DNA of 22,463 bases from Candidatus Omnitrophota bacterium. GTDB taxonomy: Bacteria > Omnitrophota > Omnitrophia > Omnitrophales > Aquincolibacteriaceae. The stretch covers positions 1 through 22,463 of the forward strand of contig JAZDJU010000012.1 in NCBI GenBank assembly GCA_043803685.1. The letters are read 5' to 3'. Each line of letters starts with the position of its first letter. Position 1 is the first letter of the stretch. Shown in pieces: positions 16,092 through 22,463 of the stretch. The notes under the pieces are model-generated. The model was not told where the DNA came from. It searched no databases and saw only the letters and a program-made list of their open reading frames with translations. Both the position numbers and the translations under genes were made by a program.

Positions 16092-16439
16092 GTGAAGCTA
16101 ATTTGGCGTGTCTCCGGTTCTCTGAAAGAGCAAGTGAGACATCTTCCGCCTGATTTAAAGTGTCAGGTGCGATTGGCGTTCGACGATATTCAAAAAAGAC
16201 CTGAGGCGGGGAAGCTGCTTTCCGACGAGTTAGTGGGATATCGGAGCTACCGTATCGGAAGATACAGGATTATTTATCGCATTATGGAGGATCGCCTTGT
16301 CCTGGAAGCTGTTGGATCCCGGGCGGATATCTATGAAAGGATTGTGCTTGAGATCGGCCGCGCCAAGATCCGGGAGCGCGCTGCCAGGTATGGCGCCAAA
16401 CCACGAAAACCGGGGCCGCGAGTCGCCGTAGCTGCGTAA
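16092..16439 (+). CDS. RelE/ParE-family toxin with C-terminal extension ending RVAVAA
   Basis: PEAGKLLSDELVGYRSYRIGRYRIIYRI...VGSRADIYE. GTG start abuts the antitoxin stop. Confidence 0.9.
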   Translation: MKLIWRVSGSLKEQVRHLPPDLKCQVRLAFDDIQKRPEAGKLLSDELVGYRSYRIGRYRIIYRIMEDRLVLEAVGSRADIYERIVLEIGRAKIRERAARYGAKPRKPGPRVAVAA

Positions 16440-16468
16440 TGGCGCATAACCCTACGATCTGTTGTCGC

Positions 16469-16516
16469 TTGCTAAAAACAAGAAGGTCGGTTAGGATATG
16501 TACGTAACTATGTACG
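16469..16516 (+). promoter_or_regulatory. Sigma70-type promoter and YefM-type operator
   Basis: TTGCTA (16469-16474), 17 bp, TAGGAT (16492-16497). TATGTACG direct repeats at 16497 and 16509 (12-bp period), resembling the TGTACA-core, 12-bp-spaced yefM-yoeB operator. RBS GGAGG before GTG 16544. Confidence 0.78.
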
Positions 16517-16543
16517 CATTCCAATATTGGGAAGGAGGATTTC

Positions 16544-16798
16544 GTGACAACATTGAGCGCGACGAAGCTTCGAGGTAGTTTGTTTCATGTTCTGAAAAAG
16601 GCGAGTAAGGCTCACGTTCCATTCCTGGTCACCTCGCGCGGAGGGGATGTGGTGATCATTTCTAAGGTCGACTACGAAAACCTTTTGGAGAGCCTCGAGC
16701 TTCTCTCGACGCCTGGGGTTCTCAAAGGAGTGCGTGAGGCGAGGGCTGACGTTAAGGCCGGCCGAACCAAGTCCATGGACGAGGTCTTTGGTTCATGA
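16544..16798 (+). CDS. yefM: YefM/Phd-family antitoxin
   Basis: TLSATKLRGSLFHVL...VVIISKVDYENLLESLELLSTPG. ATGA overlap with the toxin. Confidence 0.85.
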   Translation: MTTLSATKLRGSLFHVLKKASKAHVPFLVTSRGGDVVIISKVDYENLLESLELLSTPGVLKGVREARADVKAGRTKSMDEVFGS

Positions 16799-17058
16799 GT
16801 TCTCCGCTGTATGAAGTGCGGATCACCCGTCGGGCAGAGAAAGATATTCAGACGTTGACGCCAAAGCTACGTGAAAAGCTTAAGGATATCCTGATCGAGG
16901 TGATATCGAAAAATCCATTCGAAGGAAAAAAACTCCTCGGAGATCTTGAAGGAAGTTATTCCTATCGATTGAGTTATCAAGACCGGATCGTTTACAGCAT
17001 TGATAAGCTGAATCGGATCGTTTATCTGGAGCGCGCACGGACCCATTACGGGAACTGA
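16795..17058 (+). CDS. yoeB: Txe/YoeB-like (RelE superfamily) mRNA interferase toxin
   Basis: NPFEGKKLLGDLEGSYSYRLSYQDRIVYSI, with the C-terminal THY motif typical of YoeB. Confidence 0.8.
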   Translation: MSSPLYEVRITRRAEKDIQTLTPKLREKLKDILIEVISKNPFEGKKLLGDLEGSYSYRLSYQDRIVYSIDKLNRIVYLERARTHYGN

Positions 17059-17059
17059 T

Positions 17060-17620
17060 ATGAATTATCCAACAGTCTTTGATCTTCTTGATAATGCTGT
17101 CCAAGAATTGGGCGTCCGCTTAATTCTGATCGGCGGCTTTGCGGTCAATGCCTTTGGTGTTGGGCGGAATACCCAGGATGTCGATTTTTTGATATTGGAA
17201 ACGGATTATCTTAAGCTTAAGGACTTTCTTTTAGCTCAAGGCTATGAAGAAGTGGTTCGCACCGATGTCTTTGCGAAACAGACGGCCAAGGATCGCTATG
17301 CGATGCCCGTCGATTTTTTATTTACCGATCCTCACACATTCGAGATGATCTTCCGGGATAGCGTGGGCACGACGATCTCTGGGCATGCGTTCAAAACGCC
17401 ATCGCTCTTGCATCTGGTCGCTTTAAAACTCCACGCGATTAAAAAGGGTTCGAAGGATCGTGTCTGGAAGGATCTTCCGGATATCATTAATATGGTCATT
17501 GCGAACCGGATTGATACCGACTCTTCCGATTTTATGGAGATTTGCCGCAAGTTTGGTCCGGAGGGGATTCATCAGAGAATTCAAGAGGCAAGCCGCAGAG
17601 GTCCTGATGGAAGATCTTAA
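17060..17620 (+). CDS. Pol-beta-superfamily nucleotidyltransferase (TA-associated type)
   Basis: LILIGGFAVNAFGVGRNTQDVDFLI (GG-x-A and DxD), VDFLF, LVALKLHA, KDLPDI. Same family as the C-terminal domain of 12662-13534. Confidence 0.88.
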   Translation: MNYPTVFDLLDNAVQELGVRLILIGGFAVNAFGVGRNTQDVDFLILETDYLKLKDFLLAQGYEEVVRTDVFAKQTAKDRYAMPVDFLFTDPHTFEMIFRDSVGTTISGHAFKTPSLLHLVALKLHAIKKGSKDRVWKDLPDIINMVIANRIDTDSSDFMEICRKFGPEGIHQRIQEASRRGPDGRS

Positions 17621-17804
17621 ATTTCCTGAAGGAAACATCCCGCAGGATAAGCCTCGAGGGCTGTCCATGGATGCATACCTGGAGTTCGTTCTCTTTAACC
17701 GGAAGAACTTTCCATGTCCTAGGGATGGCCGTATGCCCGCGCCTGTTCGTTTTGTGATCTGTGAAGATGATGCTTCCTACGGTTCTTCTCCCAGTAAATC
17801 CTGA
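17607..17804 (+). CDS. Small hypothetical protein (65 aa), probable partner of the nucleotidyltransferase
   Basis: ATG 17607 with AGAGGT upstream, overlapping the NTase end by 14 nt. Sequence MEDLKFPEG...LSMDAYLEFV...RMPAPVRFVICEDDASYG. Confidence 0.65.
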   Translation: MEDLKFPEGNIPQDKPRGLSMDAYLEFVLFNRKNFPCPRDGRMPAPVRFVICEDDASYGSSPSKS

Positions 17805-17935
17805 CAATCTCAATCTGCCTGAATTTTGTCCACTCATCCCAGTGGCCATTGTCTTGGTGGGAAGGAGCCGTCCAAGTATGCAGCTGTGTAATACCATTTC
17901 TTTTTTTGAACATTTTTGAGTAGAATACCACTCTC

Positions 17936-18517
17936 ATGGGAAAAAAGAGTCGCCTCAAAGCTGAAAGAGCCAGTGCCGCTTTATTGTCGCCAGAGCAACC
18001 TCCTCCGCCTGTGTGGGCAGGCCGGGTTATTGTCTTTCTGGGCGTCGGGTTCATTCTTACGTCCTTAATTCAGGTGGGCGCGTTCGCCGATTTCGGATAT
18101 TACCGGCAGCTTTTTCAGGACAATTCCGAGGGGTATATTCGCTTTCGTTATTTCATGTCTTGGATGTCCCGGTTTCTCGGGCTCACGTTCGGCGTCGGAT
18201 TTCTCTTTCGCAAAGAATTTTTCAGGAGAGCCCTGATCGTTCTCGCATCAGGGACTATCGCGGTGGCTTACTGGAAGCACCCTCATGCCGCTTTCATTCA
18301 TGTTTTGCACAGAGTGAGTGAACAAATGACCGCAAAGGGCGTGCCGCTCACACCTGAAATTTTGGTGAATTATCTTCAGGCATGGAATTTGCCATGGGCG
18401 ACGGTCTCATGGCTTGCGCAGGTGACTGTGATCGTCGTGATCAGCTCTGAAGTTTTTGTCGCTCTGGTGGTTCTCTTCTTCCTGACGCGTCCTGCTGTAA
18501 AATCGCTTTGTCGCTAA
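17936..18517 (+). CDS. Hypothetical ~4-TM membrane protein (copy A)
   Basis: Four hydrophobic segments. Clear paralog of 19261-19854 (GFILTS, ADFxYY, LFQD, RKEFFR, KHP, LTRPxVKSL). Confidence 0.85.
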   Translation: MGKKSRLKAERASAALLSPEQPPPPVWAGRVIVFLGVGFILTSLIQVGAFADFGYYRQLFQDNSEGYIRFRYFMSWMSRFLGLTFGVGFLFRKEFFRRALIVLASGTIAVAYWKHPHAAFIHVLHRVSEQMTAKGVPLTPEILVNYLQAWNLPWATVSWLAQVTVIVVISSEVFVALVVLFFLTRPAVKSLCR

Positions 18518-18527
18518 CGATTTTTCT

Positions 18528-19229
18528 GTGACAGGTACCGTTAAACTCAGCATCATTATTCCCGCCTATAACGAGGCTGGCACGCTTCTTCAAGTGGTGG
18601 CAAGGGCGCGGTCCTCGTCCTTACCATCCGGGATAGAGCGTGAAATCTGTGTCGTGGATGACGGTTCTACAGACGGTACGCGTGATCTGCTGCGCCAGTG
18701 GGAGGGAGCTTCTGATGTGCGGATCGTAACGTTAGGGCGCAACTTCGGAAAAATGGCGGCAATGCGAGCTGGCGTTGAAGCTTCAAGTGGAAAGTACGTG
18801 GTCATTCAGGATGCGGATCTGGAATATAGTCCTGTTTACTATGGGACCATGCTCGCGCCGCTGTTGGCTGGGGAGGCCTCGGTGGTCTTGGGATCCCGCT
18901 TCCTTGGAAGTGCCAAGGAGATGCGCTGGGAGGTTCGCTGGGCCAATCATTTCAATAACTGGCTTGTAAATCGGCTCTATGGATGTTCTCTTACCGATGT
19001 GAATAGCGGACTTAAGATCTTTCCGCGGGATCTTTTCAGGAGCCTGCGGATCACATCCGGGCGTTTTGGTGGTGAGGCTGAGGTCACTTGCCGTCTTCTA
19101 CGGATGAAAAAACGAATAAAGGAGATCCCAATCGATTATGTTGCCCGGTCAAGAGCTGAAGGTAAGAAAATGGATCTTTTTCACGCGCTTCATGTCTTGG
19201 GGTGTTTTATCTATCACCGTTTTTCTTAG
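18528..19229 (+). CDS. Family 2 glycosyltransferase (DPM1-like, polyprenol-phosphate type)
   Basis: LSIIIPAYNE, VVDDGSTDGT, NFGKMAA, IQDADLEY, VVLGSRF, TDVNSGLKIF, EIPIDY. Confidence 0.95.
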   Translation: MTGTVKLSIIIPAYNEAGTLLQVVARARSSSLPSGIEREICVVDDGSTDGTRDLLRQWEGASDVRIVTLGRNFGKMAAMRAGVEASSGKYVVIQDADLEYSPVYYGTMLAPLLAGEASVVLGSRFLGSAKEMRWEVRWANHFNNWLVNRLYGCSLTDVNSGLKIFPRDLFRSLRITSGRFGGEAEVTCRLLRMKKRIKEIPIDYVARSRAEGKKMDLFHALHVLGCFIYHRFS

Positions 19230-19260
19230 AATGTTGTTTCCTAGAATTATGTGAGGTCGT

Positions 19261-19854
19261 ATGGGTTCAAGTATGGAGAGAATGAACGATTCAAAAGACG
19301 AAATAATAAATACTGCGCTGAAGGCCTCCTCGCAGAGCGAGCCGCCGACATGGGCTATTAGGGTTGTTTTTTTTGTGGGAGGGGGATTCATTCTTACGTC
19401 TTTCTATCAACTGATGCTTGCAGCGGATTTCAAGTATTACAGTTATCTGTTTCAAGACTATCCCTCAGGCGTTATTCATTTCCGTCATTTTATTTCATGT
19501 AGCGCTCGCTTCATGGGGATCGTGTTTGGCATTGGATTGCTTTATCGTAAGGAATTTTTCCGGAAAGCCTCGATTTTTTTGGCATTTGCGACTATGGCGC
19601 TGGTCTATTTGAAGCATCCGTATGCTGGGGTCGTGCGTCATCTGCAATATTCAAACGAGCTAATGGCTGCTAACGGCTTGCCGTTCAGTCCCGAAAGTGT
19701 CATCCGGTATTTCCAAGCATGGAGCGTGTCGTGGGCGACAGAGTCTGTGTTTGCTTATCTCCTGCTCGTGTTTTTCATCGTCTCTGACATTTGTTTTGCT
19801 ATTTGTGTTATCTTTCTCCTGACCCGTCCCTCCGTAAAATCGCTTTTTAAATAA
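19261..19854 (+). CDS. Hypothetical ~4-TM membrane protein (copy B)
   Basis: Paralog of 17936-18517. Start could be 19261, 19273 or 19282. Confidence 0.85.
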   Translation: MGSSMERMNDSKDEIINTALKASSQSEPPTWAIRVVFFVGGGFILTSFYQLMLAADFKYYSYLFQDYPSGVIHFRHFISCSARFMGIVFGIGLLYRKEFFRKASIFLAFATMALVYLKHPYAGVVRHLQYSNELMAANGLPFSPESVIRYFQAWSVSWATESVFAYLLLVFFIVSDICFAICVIFLLTRPSVKSLFK

Positions 19855-19878
19855 CGTTTTGGCGGAAGAGAAAAATTG

Positions 19879-20211
19879 ATGAAAAAGCAGCGTCATGATT
19901 CCTGCTGTTCGCTTTACCAACCATTTCAACCAGAGGTCTAAGAGCTTTGCGGAGGCGCATGGATCGACATGAATAGCCGCCTTAAAGTTTTTCCGACGGA
20001 CCTCCTTAAGGGGTTGAGGATCAGATCCGGACATTTTGGCGGAGCAGCCGAGATCGCGCGCCGGTTGCTCAGTATGCAGAAAAAGATCGTGGAAGTGTCG
20101 AGCGATTGTGTGTTCCATTTAAAAGCGGAAAGCAAGAAAATGAACTGGCTCCTCGCGTTCCACATATTTGGGTGCTTTCTCATTCACCGGTTCTCGTATG
20201 CTCGAGCCTGA
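19879..20211 (+). pseudogene. GT2 glycosyltransferase pseudogene (paralog of 18528-19229)
   Basis: SVMIPA is fused directly to VRFTNHFN (parent: SIIIPA...VRWANHFN), then a frameshift to MNSRLKVFP...HIFGCFLIHRFS (parent VNSGLKIFP...HVLGCFIYHRFS). Catalytic core missing. Confidence 0.88.
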
Positions 20212-20917
20212 CCCTGTTGGGGTTTTGAGGGCGGTCAGCGTCGCCGGGAACTACCGCAAGTGGATGTTTCGAAAGATCGAGCCAGAACTTGGGAGTCGAG
20301 TTCTCGATATTGGAAGTGGCTTGGGCGATTTCGCGGAGTTGTTCGCTCGGCCTCATTCAGAGCGACGTGTCATTTTGAGCGATGCCTCAAAGGAAATGAC
20401 CGAAGAGATTTTGAGAAGAACGACAGGGATGTCCTGTCTCGAGGTGATGAAGTTGGACGTCTCGGCCGAGAATGCCCCCTCGGATTTCCCGGGTTCCTTT
20501 GTGCCTGATACGGTGACTTGTATCAATGTTCTGGAGCACATCGAGGATGACATCCGGGCGCTTAGCAATATGCGCAAGTGGGTCGTCCCTGGAGGCAGGC
20601 TTGTCCTGCTGGTACCGGCTTTGGACTGTTTGTATGGCTCTTTTGACCGTCTGGCAGGCCATTACAGGCGCTATGACCGCAGGAAGCTATCAGATTGCCT
20701 CAAAGCTTCCGGATGGGCCCTTCGTAGGCTCGAATATTTCAATTTTTGGGGTATGTTTTCCTGGTTTCTTGGGGGGCGTATTCTTCGTCAGAAAGAGTTC
20801 AATCCCGCTATCTGCGGTCATCTTGACAGGCTTGTCCCACTGCTGTCGTTCCTCGAAAAAGTCATTCGCCCTCCGGTAGGTCAGTCTCTGATCGCAGTCG
20901 CAGAAAATCCTCTGTAG
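20198..20917 (+). CDS. Class I SAM-dependent methyltransferase
   Basis: RVLDIGSGLG motif I, DTVTCINVLEHIEDD, PGGRLVLLVPA, DRLAGHYRRY. Start taken at ATG 20198. Confidence 0.92.
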   Translation: MLEPDPVGVLRAVSVAGNYRKWMFRKIEPELGSRVLDIGSGLGDFAELFARPHSERRVILSDASKEMTEEILRRTTGMSCLEVMKLDVSAENAPSDFPGSFVPDTVTCINVLEHIEDDIRALSNMRKWVVPGGRLVLLVPALDCLYGSFDRLAGHYRRYDRRKLSDCLKASGWALRRLEYFNFWGMFSWFLGGRILRQKEFNPAICGHLDRLVPLLSFLEKVIRPPVGQSLIAVAENPL

Positions 20918-20956
20918 TGGTGTTATGTTGTTGGGAGAGCGTGAAAAACGAACTTG

Positions 20957-21799
20957 TTATGACGGGTGCGGCGAAGTTGGTTTTGCGACAAAGATCACAG
21001 CTGCTATCATGTAAAGCAGGCTGGCGAGTAGGCTTATCAGTGTCAGCAATCCCGGTAGTGGATGGGAAAACAGGAGGCCGATCATGATGAGACCTGTGAC
21101 GGTCAGTGAGGTTCCTGTGGAAAAACAGGCTAGATTCAAGATCCCGCTGAAATTCAATTTTTGGCGTCGTGTCTCATTGAGCAAAAGTCCCACGAGCGTG
21201 AAGACCCCATTGATGAATAAGAGGACTATAAGAGCAATCGGGAAAAGCGTGATCGGCGTCGCTGCCAAAAAAGTGAATTTGAATCTCAAATATAAGTTCT
21301 CGATGAGTTCACCGGTGACGCGGACCTTGGAGGGTAAAGGTTGCTGCTGCGTCCGGGGCGTTAATTTTGTAACATCGCGATCCTCGAGTTGTCCCAACAT
21401 TTTCCGAAAGACGATCCTTTTAGAGGTCACGATGAGGAAGAGTTGCCCCATGTCTTTCTTCGTGATGCTCTCGCGATCCATGTCAAAAGTCACAATCGGG
21501 CCATAAGTCGGATGAGTCAGCGTTGCAATCTTTTGGCCGTTCTCCAGAGAAAGCCCCTTGGGCGTCCAGATGACGACAGGGACATTTTCTTTGACCCAAC
21601 GGATGAACTTATCGCTCGTGGAGGCTCGTTCAAGAAAAATAGCCATAACAAGCCCTGTAATGATCAAGGCTCCGTACGCTGTATAAAGGACTCCTTTGCG
21701 CCATGAGGCTCTTGAGGCATCCCGATAAACCTTGGGCAGAAAAAAACCTGTAATAGGCGCTAGAAAAAAAGAAAGTAGGATATCTTTGATTTTGTTCAT
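20957..21799 (-). CDS. Membrane protein, possibly DUF1189-like
   Basis: 280-aa ORF with an N-terminal TM, a soluble domain and three C-terminal TMs. Family assignment from overall resemblance only. Confidence 0.6.
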   Translation of the reverse strand: MNKIKDILLSFFLAPITGFFLPKVYRDASRASWRKGVLYTAYGALIITGLVMAIFLERASTSDKFIRWVKENVPVVIWTPKGLSLENGQKIATLTHPTYGPIVTFDMDRESITKKDMGQLFLIVTSKRIVFRKMLGQLEDRDVTKLTPRTQQQPLPSKVRVTGELIENLYLRFKFTFLAATPITLFPIALIVLLFINGVFTLVGLLLNETRRQKLNFSGILNLACFSTGTSLTVTGLIMIGLLFSHPLPGLLTLISLLASLLYMIAAVIFVAKPTSPHPS

Positions 21800-22167
21800 G
21801 ACCGTGTTTGTTTGAGTTTTGGGATGTTCAGCTGCGGAGCTTTCACCTTGGGAATGTTCTGTGTAGATAATTTCGGCTCTGGCAGGCGAAATTTGGGTAA
21901 GTTCACCGGTATTTGAATGGGCGCATAATGTGTTTCGGAGGGGGCGAATGGAAGTGAAAGGATCATTACGTAAACAAGCCAGCGAAGGCTAATGTAGTAG
22001 TTGGAATCGTCTGCAATCGCCGGTTCTTCGGGCGTGTTGACGGCATAGCTGGATGATGCGTTGGAAAGGGGCTGAGCGCTAACGGTGGAGGGTGCTGCGT
22101 AAATAGGATGCACGGAGTATGCTAAGAATATTATGAGAGTCGTTGACGCGAGAGCGAATCGTTTCAT
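21796..22167 (-). CDS. Small exported/membrane hypothetical protein
   Basis: Signal-peptide-like MKRFALASTTLIIFLAYSVHPIYA, a second hydrophobic segment and a Pro/Lys-rich tail. 4-nt overlap with the downstream gene. Confidence 0.6.
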   Translation of the reverse strand: MKRFALASTTLIIFLAYSVHPIYAAPSTVSAQPLSNASSSYAVNTPEEPAIADDSNYYISLRWLVYVMILSLPFAPSETHYAPIQIPVNLPKFRLPEPKLSTQNIPKVKAPQLNIPKLKQTRS

Positions 22168-22362
22168 GCGCGAAAGAATATCATTGGTGGAGATGTTTTG
22201 CAATACCGTTATGGAGCCCAACGGGTAATGTTCGGTGAGTCTTGTTTTAGCATCTTCAGTGTCGGGCGAGAGTTCAGCGTGAGTCCTATAATGTATCTTA
22301 TGTAAAGTAGCGCTATAGGGCGAGCGTGCGAAGCGGGACCCTCTAGGGATAACCTCAACAAG

Positions 22363-22463
22363 CTACCTAAGAAGGCCTTTAATGGCCTCTTGGACACGCC
22401 TGCCGTCTGCTTTTCCCTGAATGGTAGGCATCAGCACCTTCATAAGTTTCCCCATATCTGCAG
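22363..22463 (-). CDS. yqeY: GatB/YqeY domain protein, 3' end only (not in the ORF track)
   Basis: Minus strand reads ADMGKLMKVLMPTIQGKADGRRVQEAIKGLLR*, matching the YqeY C-terminal DMGK-x-M...GKADG pattern. Confidence 0.85.
   Translation of the reverse strand, partial: ADMGKLMKVLMPTIQGKADGRRVQEAIKGLLR

Noticed and set aside
12539..16440. CRISPR array
   Set aside because: Repeats are 0.8-1.9 kb apart, degenerate, separated by whole genes, and no cas genes are present.
12563..17804. Integron cassette array
   Set aside because: No integrase in the window, and I found no attC-like RYYYAAC...GTTRRRY palindromes at module boundaries. The junctions are direct repeats of a coding 3' end.
17806..17835. 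Possible fifth junction copy (caatctcaatctgcctgaattttgtccac, QSQSA*) at the end of the array
   Set aside because: The position is suggestive but similarity to the core is too weak to separate from chance.
22209..22397. 62-aa minus-strand ORF and nearby short palindromes as a gene or ncRNA
   Set aside because: It overlaps the yqeY 3' end in another frame and shows no convincing coding or structural signal.

Overview
The window has three parts. (1) 1-12562: the 3' portion (at least 4,186 codons, open at the left edge) of a giant multidomain gene. It encodes ~125-aa N-terminal repeats, a long Gly/Ala-rich multi-TM block, an embedded SecA-type ATPase motor, a hexapeptide beta-helix, two HExxH zincin motifs and a C-terminus ending QQVASAA. 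This architecture suggests an Omnitrophota-like bacterium (inference only). (2) 12563-17804: a dense, co-oriented array of about six toxin-antitoxin-like modules (XRE-HTH/nucleotidyltransferase fusion, two Phd-PIN pairs, Phd-RelE, YefM-YoeB, nucleotidyltransferase plus small protein). The array is punctuated by progressively more eroded copies of the giant gene's own 3' end (...QVASAA-stop plus a conserved non-coding trailer) ending at 12562, 13778, 15679 and possibly 16439, each followed by a new promoter/operator region. This is the most interesting signal: the 3' end of the giant gene looks like a recurrent cassette junction. (3) 17936-22463: a tandem-duplicated membrane protein + GT2 glycosyltransferase unit (second GT2 a pseudogene), a SAM methyltransferase, and convergent genes (DUF1189-like membrane protein, small exported protein, 3' end of a GatB/YqeY gene). 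All identities quoted are hand counts; no database searches were run.
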